37,035 nt of DNA from Macrostomum lignano (taxonomy: Eukaryota), in NCBI GenBank assembly GCA_002269645.1, contig NIVC01004722.1, positions 1 through 37,035 of the forward strand, written 5' to 3'. Of the stretch, positions 13,329 through 29,368 are shown one piece after another; position 1 is the stretch's first letter, and every line of letters starts with the position of its first letter. A program made the translations under genes and the position numbers. A model generated the notes under the pieces. The model had not been told where the DNA came from and did not search any database. It saw only the letters and a program-made list of their open reading frames with translations.

Positions 13329-14241
13329 CAAAACATTGGAAAACCAATGCATTATCTATCTAGCTGCATTAATTTTTCTGTGTTACATGCGGGTGAACTG
13401 ATGCCGACAGACAACACATAGCAGGAAGTTAAAGTGCTTGATCAGCTATTTGCGTCAGCTGAGGGCATTGAATTGATAAAACGTGTTCAGAATCTGCCTC
13501 CCGCCTGATTTATGACCCAGGCGTCCTGCAGCCGGGACAAATTCACTTCTAGCTGTGCATAAAAACTGTTAGAAAGATAGAGAATATGCTGTCATAAAAG
13601 CTATAAAAGATGGAGAGCACTGGAGCTGTAATAGTGCTCAAACCTTTCAGGCAAACCAGCGCAGTTTATTACCTCCCCACGTTTATTAACTCTCTAAGTT
13701 TGTTAAGTTCAAGTAGGCCAACAAATTTCCTGAATGAAGAACCTCTGCTCCGTCTTCATCATTGATTTTCAACTGCATGCTTCCTCAACTCTGAGCTACT
13801 AACTATAACTTTTCTCGGTCAAGGACTTTCAGCGAGACAATATAGCAGTCTGGATTTTAAGCTTGATCAACGCCACTGCAAACCCAACATATTAGTTTAT
13901 CCGATCCAGATACTAAATTTATAGAAGTCCACGAAGCGTCGCAGTCCCTGACACCCCCAGCCCGATGGAGACAGATTCTTGACAGCTTGGAATTCAACAC
14001 GCAGGCTCGCACGAGTCTCCCCCTGTTTTCTCCATTTTTCTAATTCTATTTTTATCCTGACTTGGCGATTTCTCACAAGTCCGGGACTTTCCCGGATGCA
14101 TAGGATCTGTACGCAATGTTTAACCTCTCCCGGCACTTCCCGGGACACGCCTGCACTCGAACCATGTCCTATTTCTTTCTTGAAGCAAAGAAACTCTCCC
14201 CAAAGAGCTGTAGCTCAACGTCACATGCAGGATCTCGTGTT

Positions 14242-15526
14242 TCTCTCTCTCTCTCTCTCTCTTCTTTCAGCATCCAGCAGAGTCGAATGCAGAGTAAAGG
14301 GGAAGAGAGGAAGAAGGTCGGGGAGCTGCTACCCAACCTCTTCCCCTCGTATCTGACTGCCATCCTAAATGCGTGGGCGGTCCTCGATTAGAGGCAAGGC
14401 AGAATTTGCTGGCCAAGGAGGCCGCGAAGCCGGGCATCTCAGCAACTCCTCCCCCAGTGAGCCATGGCATCTCAGCAACTCCTCCCCCAGTGAGCCTTGG
14501 CATCTCAGCAGCTCCCCAGTGAGCCTTGGCATCTCAGCAGCTCCCCAGTGAGCCTATGGCATCTCAGCAGCTCCCCAGTGAGCCATGGCTTCTCAGCAAC
14601 TCCAGATTCTTGCGATTAAGATCTCCTTGGATGGGAATTCGGGGACTAGACTTGGGGAAGATGGGTGGCTCATACCCATCCCTATGGACTGAGCATGGGG
14701 GGCGGACAGACCTACCTGAGGTTCAAAGAGTAATTCACCTATTCGGAAGCCCTGTACAGGCTGGGCAGAGGCCGATGGGGAACAGAAATAAAGATGGGAA
14801 GAAATGAATTCGGGAGGGAAAGTTGACAGCAGGAAGCAGAAAGAGAATTTGAGTTCCACAATCTGAGCGCTTTCGCTAATGGATTTTGGCAAGATTGCTC
14901 AACTTCTTTTATTCAAATTATTCAATAGAAGGTTTACTTTAACAGATTATTAGATAGAATGACGGAGCCACTTTTTGCTAGAGAAATCAGCTCCTTTAAA
15001 AGTGATTGATGCATAAATATATAGGGGGCACATAGGGTACATCATGCTACTTATAGTAGTACTGTATTCAGCTGTATTCAAACAAAAGTTGGCAAGAAAT
15101 TAACTACATATTAATAATACATACATACTAGTAATTATTACTCATTAATTAATAATTAGTACATGTACCTGTAAAACAAAACCAAGAAATTTTACTAAAA
15201 TGAAGCGATTAAGCAAATGTTTGTGAGCCGCATAAATAAGCTATAGTTAATAATGATTAATTGTATGTATGAGAAACGTGATATAGGGTTAGTCATAGAC
15301 AGTTAAATCCGCCTTCAGTCATTAGCAGAATCCGAGCCAATTATTCATCTATTTGCCGTCGCTGGTTTTTCGGTTTTTAGCAAAGGCATTGACAGCTCCC
15401 CAGCGGCTCCTGAGCTTGTTCAGGTGGGTGACGGAGATTCGATTCTCTGGGTCGATGTTCAGGCTGCGAGTGTCCTCCACGGGGTAGGCTTTGAAGAAAC
15501 CCCTGCAACAGCGGGAGTTGATAGAT
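14242..15526 (+). repeat. 5' pseudo-LTR copy (truncated at the (CT)n tract; about 6 VNTR units) plus the start of ORF1
   Basis: Aligns to ~18737-20553 from the (CT)n-TTCTTTCAG motif to GGAGTTGATAGAT. Confidence 0.92.
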
Positions 15527-16053
15527 CGCCACCATCGCCGGACTCTGAAGACTCCCCTGGTGGTCCGGAACGCCACAGGCCGCATCTGAATGACTCACCC
15601 AGCACCTTTGAGCAACCTGTTTCGCTCATCATCAGCAGGGACTGCCGGAACCTTGTACTCTGCCCAAAGCCTTTCGAGGGCCTCAAACTGCCGGCAATCA
15701 CAGAGGTACATGAGTACTCACTGTCAGCCTTACCATCTCTACTGAGGTCGGCTGCCCTGCGGAACCGGCAATGCGCTCAGTCAACGGTGCTGGTCCTGCC
15801 GGACGAGCTGCTCAGCACAGACCACTGGCGAGAGTTGCTCTCTGAGGCTATCGATCTACTCAGAGCGGACAGTCTGACACGTAAGATCCTTCTGGTTCCG
15901 TCCTTTGCCAGCGGTGAAGAATTGACTCAATCTCTGAGTAAGAAACTCTCACCTGTTACTCTTATTGCCTCTCCTCCTCTTAAACCAATTGTATCCTTCT
16001 CAGCGCCGGACTTTATACTGGCGCTGGCTTCCTGGCTGAGAACTTTAAACTAG
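15253..16053 (+). CDS. PLE ORF1 (spliced model: exon 15253-15287, intron 15288-15380, exon 15381-16053; 235 aa); possible degenerate SGNH-like alpha/beta fold
   Basis: The unspliced frame is open 15307-16050 but has no ATG. ATG ATT AAT TGT ATG TAT GAG AAA CGT GAT ATA GG|GTTAGT ... TTTTTCGGTTTTTAG|C AAA GGC joins in frame (phase 2) to give MINCMYEKRDIGKGIDSSPAAPELVQ... The fold assignment is inference only. Confidence 0.6.
15288..15380 (+). other. Predicted 93-nt spliceosomal intron inside the PLE (second copy at 20315-20407)
   Basis: GTTAGT donor, polypyrimidine tract plus AG acceptor; removal restores an AUG-initiated ORF1; splice sites identical in both repeat copies. Confidence 0.65.
16044..16053 (+). 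promoter_or_regulatory. Candidate -1 programmed ribosomal frameshift site U-UUA-AAC followed by UAG
   Basis: X XXY YYZ heptamer in the correct phase as the last two ORF1 codons; the -1 frame is the RT frame, open from 15984. Confidence 0.6.
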
Positions 16054-18281
16054 CTGACTACTGTAGGCCTCCCAAACTGGAAGGCAACATTTTAAATCTA
16101 CACCCTACCTTCAAACTCTCCGAGTCTGAGACGAGGCTGCTAGATAGGGGACTCAATTTTATCCCAACCCAAGCCCTTGATTTGGATGATCTGAGGAACT
16201 GCGTGACGGAATTTCATCGTAAACTTTTCTGGAAAGACTTTTTCAAAAAGAGGGGTCTCGCCAATACCAGTCCGCCCCCTTTCACCGGGAAATCAGTGAA
16301 GGAGGTCTCCCCCAGACTTAGAAGTGATCAGTGCAACTTGTTTGTGCTTGAGAACCAAAAACTGGTAGAGAATTTGACAACGGTACAGATCAAAGGCAAC
16401 CTAGAGGCACCAGAGACCAGGGCGATTCAGGGGCTCAAGCGAAACAGCTCCGTCCTTATAAAAAAGGCGGACAAAGGCAACGCAGTGGTCATCATGCACC
16501 CTAAGGACTACGAATTTGCAGCCTACAACCAACTGTTTGACACTGATGCCTATCAACAGCTGGACCAGCCATTGCAACCCGTGACTGCGGAACTTATTAG
16601 GGGGATCTTCCTCAATTTATGTAACAGAAAGTTCATATCTAAGAAACAGTGTGCATTTCTTTGTCCCGGAGAGAAATTCCGTCCCCGGCATTTCTACCTG
16701 CTCCAAAAAATTCACAAGGACCCGGCCACCTGGCTGATCCCCTTTCGGGTCCCAGCAGGCAGACCTATTGTGAGCGGATGTAGTTCTGAAGCAATTGGGG
16801 CAGAAAAGTACATAGACTTCTTTCTAAAACCGATTGCCCAAGCGCAACCCACTTTCATTAAGGACTCCTATGACTTCAAGGCACACCTTACGGATAAATG
16901 CTGCACGGAAGGTTCGACTCTGGCAACCTGTGATGTCCAGAGTCTGTACTCCATGATCCCAATAGATCAGGGCATTGCAGCGATCCAGGAATTCTTTAAC
17001 CGATACCCGGATCCCATTAGACCGGATGCTGAAATAATAAAGCTACTGGAATTGTGTTTGTACAGGAATGACTTTGAATTTGACAAAATGATTTTCCTAC
17101 AACTTAGAGGTACAGCCATGGGGCGCATATTTGCGCCCAGCTATGCCTGTCTGTTCATGAGCCTCTGGGAGGAAACTGCCCTGAGAACTGCTCTTTATAA
17201 GCCGAACATCTATTTTAGGTACATAGATGATATCTTCATTCACTGGGACCACCCGGCTGAAACTCTGACAGAATTTGTTGTACACCTAAATTCAATCAAC
17301 CCCAACATCAAACTCACCGTCAGCTCCTCATCAACTGAGGTCAGTTTCCTTGACATGACCATCAGGAAAGCTGAAAACCGCTTCACAACACAACTGTTTT
17401 CAAAAGAAACAGACACTCATAGATTGTTGCACCGACAGTCCTTCCATCCGTCACACACCTTCAAGGGAGTAGTAAAATCCCAAATCCTTCGGTACGCTCG
17501 TATCTGTGATGACTACAAGTCTTTTAACGATGCTTTCAATTCTTTAAAATCGGAACTCAAGCAATTAGGCTACTCGAAGATTTTTCTTAGAAACTGCAAA
17601 AAGGATGTCCTCATACTTATGAACTGGACTGCAGGACCAACGACCAATCTGGGTCTGCTTCCCAAAGGGTTCCATCCCTGTGGGTCATCCCGCTGCAAAT
17701 GCTGCACCCACTCACCGCCTGCTCTCTCCGCCCAGGGACTGAAACCGGCTTCTGGTTTTTTAATCTCTCAGAGCCTGTCCTGTGGCTCCAAGAACATCAT
17801 CTATGGCATCTCCTGCAACCAGTGCCACCCTGGGAAAATCTTCTATGTAGGGATGACTAGAAGAACAATGAGAGATAGAATGAACCAGCACAGGTCAAAT
17901 ATTAACAGGAGAGTCGTAACTTCGGGGTCAGAGCACTTTCTCACCCCCAATCACTCGATTGCAAACTTTGTCTCCATTGCTATCGAACAAGTTCTTAATA
18001 ACAACAAAATCGAACTAAGGGAAGAAATCTGGATTAAAAAACTAGGGACTGACAAACCGCCAGGTACGAACATTAGGGTCGACAATCATCTTCTCCGACC
18101 CATCCCAATGGTCCTTCCTTTTCACCCATCTACGGTCTGGCTTGCCAACGAGATTGCTAAAAACTTTGATAAGCTACAAAATAAACCAGGCTCCCGCATA
18201 CTGCCCGCTTTTACACGGCAACGTAACTTACAGAGCCTCCTGGCTCCCAATAAGTTCAAGTCTCAGCCAGGAAACATTTAA
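16050..18281 (+). CDS. PLE reverse transcriptase + GIY-YIG endonuclease (743 aa from the shift point; frame open from 15984)
   Basis: N-terminal PLE motif NILNLHPTFKLSESETRLLDRGLNFIPT; RT motifs KADKGNAVVIM, FYLLQKIHK, GRPIVSGC, TCDVQSLY, QLRGTAMG..FAPSYA, YFRYIDDIF, VSFLDM; Cys linker PCGSSRCKCC; GIY-YIG IIYGISCNQC...FYVGMTRRTMRDRMNQH...EHF...EEIWIKKLGT. No stops or frameshifts. Confidence 0.96.
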   Translation, partial: LADYCRPPKLEGNILNLHPTFKLSESETRLLDRGLNFIPTQALDLDDLRNCVTEFHRKLFWKDFFKKRGLANTSPPPFTGKSVKEVSPRLRSDQCNLFVLENQKLVENLTTVQIKGNLEAPETRAIQGLKRNSSVLIKKADKGNAVVIMHPKDYEFAAYNQLFDTDAYQQLDQPLQPVTAELIRGIFLNLCNRKFISKKQCAFLCPGEKFRPRHFYLLQKIHKDPATWLIPFRVPAGRPIVSGCSSEAIGAEKYIDFFLKPIAQAQPTFIKDSYDFKAHLTDKCCTEGSTLATCDVQSLYSMIPIDQGIAAIQEFFNRYPDPIRPDAEIIKLLELCLYRNDFEFDKMIFLQLRGTAMGRIFAPSYACLFMSLWEETALRTALYKPNIYFRYIDDIFIHWDHPAETLTEFVVHLNSINPNIKLTVSSSSTEVSFLDMTIRKAENRFTTQLFSKETDTHRLLHRQSFHPSHTFKGVVKSQILRYARICDDYKSFNDAFNSLKSELKQLGYSKIFLRNCKKDVLILMNWTAGPTTNLGLLPKGFHPCGSSRCKCCTHSPPALSAQGLKPASGFLISQSLSCGSKNIIYGISCNQCHPGKIFYVGMTRRTMRDRMNQHRSNINRRVVTSGSEHFLTPNHSIANFVSIAIEQVLNNNKIELREEIWIKKLGTDKPPGTNIRVDNHLLRPIPMVLPFHPSTVWLANEIAKNFDKLQNKPGSRILPAFTRQRNLQSLLAPNKFKSQPGNI

Positions 18282-18650
18282 TCATTTTAACCAATGCGCT
18301 ATTTTACCCTATTGAAGTACAATATTTAGTCACGTGTCATTTATTTTATTTTATTCAAACTGCTTAATTGTACGCTCAGTATTGATTTTTATGCTCCTAC
18401 CCCCAATACCGGCATTTCATCTAATCGTATAGTATCGCATATCGCATAGTACTTCGAAATAACAATTTTTTTATTACAAATATACTGTCGTTTAAAATGA
18501 ATGGTGGAAAGCCTCTGGGACAAGTTAGAGCTAGGCAAAACAGGGTCTTAAATGTACATCCCTCATATGTACAACTACTCATCAATTCTATCAGACTAAG
18601 AAAAATAATACTTAAAAGACCAACTGGAATTGCATGACACACAGATTTTT

Positions 18651-18691
18651 TGGCCTGACGAAGAGCCCAGAGGCTCGAAACCGGTAGCCCA
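18651..18691 (+). ncRNA. Type I hammerhead ribozyme (minimal, palindromic stem III)
   Basis: GGC-CUGACGA-A-GAGCC(CAGA)GGCUC-GAAA-CCGG-UA-GCC: core CUGANGA 18655-18661, stem II 18663-18676, GAAA 18677-18680, palindrome ACCGGU 18680-18685, predicted cleavage after GUA at 18686. Hammerheads of this type are an established feature of PLE pseudo-LTRs. Confidence 0.92.
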
Positions 18692-18736
18692 TATTAAATT
18701 AATTAAGTCTTTTGATTTTTTTAAACACGCCGTGAC

Positions 18737-18754
18737 CTCTCTTCTCTCTCTCTC

Positions 18755-18802
<48 letters not shown>

Positions 18803-20546
18803 TTCAGCACCCAGCAGAGTCGAATGCAGAGTAGAAGAGAAAGGGGAAGAGAGGAAGAAGGTCGGGGAGCTGCTACCCAACCTCTTCCCCTCGTATCTGA
18901 CTGCCATCCTAAATGCGTGGGCGGTCCTCGATTAGAGGCAAGGCAGAATTTACTGGCCAAGGAGGCCGCGAAGCCGGGCATCTCAGCAACTCCTCCCCCA
19001 GTGAGCCATGGCATCTCAGCAACTCCTCCCCCAGTGAGCCATGGCATCTCAGCAACTCCTCCCCAGTGAGCCATGGCATCTCAGCAACTCCTCCCCCAGT
19101 GAGCCATGGCATCTCAGCAACTCCTCCCCCAGTGAGCCTTTGGCATCTCAGCAACTCCTCCCCCAGTGAGCCTTTGGCATCTCAGCAACTCCTCCCCCAG
19201 TGAGCCATGGCATCTCAGCAACTCCTCCCCCAGTGAGCCATGGCATCTCAGCAACTCCTCCCCCAGTGAGCCTTTGGCATCTCAGCAACTCCTCCCCCAG
19301 TGAGCCATGGCATCTCAGCAACTCCTCCCCCAGTGAGCCTTTGGCATCTCAGCAACTCCTCCCCCAGTGAGCCATGGCATCTCAGCAACTCCTCCCCAGT
19401 GAGCCTTTGGCATCTCAGCAACTCCTCCCCCAGTGAGCCATGGCATCTCAGCAACTCCTCCCCAGTGAGCCATGGCATCTCAGCAACTCCTCCCCCAGTG
19501 AGCCTTTGGCATCTCAGCAACTCCTCCCCCAGTGAGCCATGGCATCTCAGCAACTCCTCCCCCAGTGAGCCTATGGCATCTCAGCAACTCCTCCCCCAGT
19601 GAGCCATGGCATCTCAGCAACTCCAGATTCTTGCGATTAAGATCTCCTTGGATGGGAATTCGGGGACTAGACTTGGGGAAGATGGGTGGCTCATACCCAT
19701 CCCTATGGACTGAGTATGGGGGGCGGACAGACCTACCTGAGGCTCAAAGAAAAATTCACCTATTCGGAAGCCCTGTACAGGCTGGGCAGAGGCCGATGGG
19801 GAACAGAATTTAGGATGGGAAGAAATGAATTCGGGAGGGAAAATTGAAAGCACGAAGCAGAAAGAGAATTTGAGTTCCACAATCTGAGCGCTTTCGCTAA
19901 TGGATTTTGGCAAGATTGCTCAACTTCTTTTATTCAAATTATTCAATAGAAGGTTTACTTTAACAGATTATTAGATAGAATGACGGAGCCACTTTTTGCT
20001 AGAGAAATCAGCTCCTTTAAAAGTGATTGATGCATAAATATATAGGGGGCACATAGGGTACATCATGCTACTTATAGTAGTACTGTATTCAGCTGTATTC
20101 AAACAAAAGTTGGAAAGAAATTAACTACATATTAATAATACATACATACTATTAATTATTACTCATTAATTAATAATTAGTACCTGTACCTATAAAACAA
20201 CACCAATAAAACAAATTTTTACTAAAATGAAGCGATTAAGCAAATGTTTGTGAGCCGCATAAATAAGCTATAGTTAATAATGATTAATTGTATGTATGAG
20301 AAACGTGATATAGGGTTAGTCATAGACAGTTAAATCCGCCATCAGTCATTAGCAGAATCCGAGCCAATTATACATCTATTTGCCGTCGCTGGTTTTTCGG
20401 TTTTTAGCAAAGGCATTGACAGCTCCCCAGCGGCTTCTGAGCTTGTTCAGGTGGGTGACGGAGATTCGATTCTCTGGGTCGATGTTCAGGCTGCGAGTGT
20501 CCTCCACGGGGTAGGCTTTGAAGAAACCCCTGCAACAGCGGGAGTT

Positions 20547-20553
<7 letters not shown>
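18737..20553 (+). repeat. 3' pseudo-LTR copy with a tail duplicating the ORF1 start
   Basis: Near-identical to 14242-15526, with a longer (CT)n and about 20 VNTR units. Confidence 0.92.
18976..19625 (+). repeat. 32-34 nt VNTR inside the pseudo-LTR (GGCATCTCAGCAACTCCTCCCCCAGTGAGCC(A/T)T), about 20 units; about 6 units in the 5' copy at 14423-14603
   Basis: Direct inspection. Confidence 0.95.
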
Positions 20554-22648
<2,095 letters not shown>

Positions 22649-22655
22649 GACTCAC

Positions 22656-26114
<3,459 letters not shown>

Positions 26115-26666
26115 CTGTAGAAAGTGGATCGACCGTGATTTAAGGCCAACCATCAAAGGCTGAGAGTTTACATGCGTGTTTATGAGAATTGCCGTCAGAG
26201 CTGGCTGCAGGGACAATGTCTCCGATAGCGTTGCGTCAGGGTGCCCGCCGCCCCCATGTGAATATTATTGACCATTCTGACCCCAACAAATATTGTCTGC
26301 AGCTGACAAATGCTTACCTTAGCTACGCACTTAACATTGTGCACCTGCTTGGCCAAACAGGACACAAGCTTTCTGGGTGTCGAATCGCCCGACTCGATGT
26401 CGAACTGAAGATTCTGGATATGGGATGGGGGAGTGAGCTCGAAGACAGTGAAATTTGCACTGAAAATGCATCGATATTGTTGTCAACCGGGAGGCATGAT
26501 TTCGCTTACCAAATTGGCGGCGTCTTTTGTCTCTTCGGGAAAATGTTTCGACCAGAGATTTTTCGATAGATTGTACAAAACAGTCTGAAAATTTGTAATT
26601 CCGATAAAAATATTAATTCTTTGTAGTTTCTGCTGTAACCACTGTTTACGCCTGGTTACACCTTCT

Positions 26667-27191
26667 CTGGTCACACTGTCTCTCAGTCTGGTCACACCGT
26701 GTCAGCGATCTGGTCACATTTTCTCTCAGTCTGGTCACACTGTCTCTCAGTCTGGTCACACTGTCTCTCAGTCTGGTCACACTGTCTCTCAGTCTAGTCA
26801 CGCTGTCTCTCTCAGTCTGGTCACACTGTCTCTCTCAGTTTGGTCACACTGTCTCTCTCTCAGTCTGGTCACACTGTCTCTCTCAGTTTGGTCACACTGT
26901 CTCTCTCTCAGTCTGGTCACACTGTCTCTCTCAGTCTGGTCACACTGTCTCTCTCAGTCTAGTCACACTTTCTCTCTCAGTCTGGTCACACTGTCTCTCT
27001 CAGTCTGGTCACACTGTCTCTCTCAGTCTGGTCACACTGTCTCTCTCAGTCTAGTCACACCGTGTCAGCGATCTGGTCACATTTTCTCTCAGTCTGGTCA
27101 CACTGTCTCTCCCAGTTTGGTCACACTGTCTCTCTCAGTCTGGTCACACTGTCTCTCAGTCTGGTCACATCGTCTCTCTCAGTCTGGTCAC
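26667..27191 (+). repeat. 22-26 nt minisatellite (CAGTCTGGTCACACTGT(CT)n)
   Basis: Direct inspection. Confidence 0.93.
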
Positions 27192-27805
27192 AGAGTTACA
27201 TGTACAGTGAAGTTTTGCCAATAATGTGCATAGTCACAATTCATGAAGCTTTAATCACTATAAGTGAAAACAGACAATCAAACATCCTTACGTTGCAGGT
27301 GTTAATCACGGCTAAATATTTGTTTCTGCCTTCGGAAGAGTCCATAATTGACTGTTGCATTGTTGACTGAGTCTTCTGGTGTATTAATTTCTTCGCTACA
27401 GTTCTAACTCGCAGAGTTTGCTCAAAAAAGCAACACGGTCTGCCATTCTTAAGTCTGGCTTTTTCTCACAAATAGCGCCCGAGGCCGAATGAAGCTCAAA
27501 AAGCATTCGAAAGCCGCATGGTCTGTCCTGTGCTGGTCAAGTAACGCGCACAGCTGTGAGAGAGAAAAAAGGCGAGACACAGAAGACAAGCGAGCCTTCT
27601 CTGCTCTGCTTCTCGTGTTTGCAATTCTGTGTACAATTTCACGCTAAGGCTAATTTCCATTCTTTTCTGAGACATTTTGCTCTCCAATGCGAAGCGAAAG
27701 AGTTTACAAAAACCATTTGGGTAACAAAACTCGTTTCAATGCCAGTTTTTATGTAACCGTAATGAAAATGGAAACTGAAGAAATTGATGAATCCAGGGAT
27801 GTAGG

Positions 27806-28660
27806 GATGCTTGCTATTTAGGGATTCTTGCTATCTGGGGGATGCTTGCTATCTGGGTGGATGCTTGTTATCTGGGGGATGCTTGCTATCTGGGTGGATG
27901 CTTGCTATCTGGGTGGATGCTTGCTATCTGGGGGATGCTTGCTATCTGGGGGATGCTTGCTATCTGGGGGGTTCTTGCTATCTGGGTGGATGCTTGCTAT
28001 CTGGGTGGATGCTTGCTATCTGGGGGATGCTTGCTATCTGGGGGATGCTTGCTATTTAGGGATGCTTGCTATCTGGGGGATGCTTGCTATCTGGGGGATG
28101 CTTGCTATCTGGGGGATGCTTGCTATCTGGGTGGATGCTTGCTATCTGGGGGATGCTTGCTATTTAGGGATGCTTGCTATCTGGGTGGATGCTTGCTATC
28201 TGGGGGATGCTTGCTATTTAGGGATGCTTGCTATCTGGGGGATGCTTGCTATCTGGGGGATGCTTGCTATTTAGGGATGCTTGCTATCTGGGGGATGCTT
28301 GCTATCTGGGGGATGCTTGCTATCTGGGGGATGCTTGCTATCTGGGTGGATGCTTGCTATCTGGGGGATGCTTGCTATCTGGGTGGATGCTTGCTATCTG
28401 GGTGGATGCTTGCTATCTGGGGGATGCTTGCTATCTGGGTGGATGCTTGCTATCTGGGGGATGCTTGCTATCTGGGGGATGCTTGCTATCTGGGGGATGC
28501 TTGCTATCTGGGGATGCTTGCTATCTGGGGGATGCTTGCTATCTGAAGGATGCTTGCTATCTGCAGGGGGGATGCTTGCTATCTGAGGGATGCTTGCTAT
28601 CTGAGGGATGCTTGCTATCTGGGGGGTGCTTGCTATCTGGGGGATGCTTGCTATCTGTGG
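27806..28660 (+). repeat. 20-21 nt minisatellite (GGATGCTTGCTATCTGGG(GG/T))
   Basis: Direct inspection. Confidence 0.95.
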
Positions 28661-29368
28661 CAGTGTTCGGCGCGAGGGGGTATGCAATTTTTCGCGCCTT
28701 GTGTAAATTTTCAGGCTTATGAGTTCTCTACTATAAAACCTAGCATAGGTGCAGTAGCAGAAACAGGAGCTTAACTTGACAAGTCTGCGTGTCGAATGAC
28801 TTTTTTAGATAGACATTTTTAATGACCTTTTTAGGGGTTCATGTGCCCACAAAAATGGCTTTTCTGGGGTAAATGGGGGCTCCAGCCAAGGACTACTTAA
28901 GTAGAAGGATGCAAAACTCAGAATTGGTGAGAATTTCATTGGAGGCCTCCAACGAATTTTCCACGAAAGTTGAGTCTTGCGTCCTATATACTAGTATTCG
29001 TTACTTTAGTCGTCCTTGGCTCCAGCCAGCAAAGCCCCCTCCCCTGCATTTGCTACTGCCTAGGTGTATATCCAATATATGTACTTACAACAAAATAATT
29101 GAATTCGCAAACATCAACGCAAATTTGGCTGCAATTCACTTGGAGATCATGACTAAGAATCTAAGAAATACTGTTAATACAAAGATTTGGGATCCACTGT
29201 ATCAGAGTGCAATACAGAACTTATAGTCAGGTAGAAGCAGGCAGCAAAACATATTGTGTCTACAGGCAAAAGAGGAATTTTATACTTCCAAATTCGCGCC
29301 CCTGATGGACAAGGAAATTCGCGCCATATCTTTAGAATTCGCGCATTCGCGCCTGACTCCGAAGACTG
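28661..29368. mobile_element. Non-autonomous hAT-type DNA transposon (MITE), 708 bp
   Basis: Perfect 8-bp TSD ATCTGTGG (28653-28660 and 29369-29376); TIRs CAGTGTTCGG ... CCGAAGACTG (1 mismatch); subterminal TTCGCGC repeats. An 8-bp TSD with CAG termini is typical of hAT elements. Confidence 0.85.

Noticed and set aside
13740-14241. Possible inverted or duplicated PLE fragment upstream of the 5' repeat
   Set aside because: No alignment to the element was seen by eye in either orientation; short frames with stops.
14287-14391. Short AUG-initiated uORF after the (CT)n acceptor
   Set aside because: Its frame is not conserved in the second repeat copy (7-nt indel).
16050-18736. Selenocysteine recoding as in some PLEs
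   Set aside because: No in-frame UGA in the RT-EN ORF, so no SECIS is needed.
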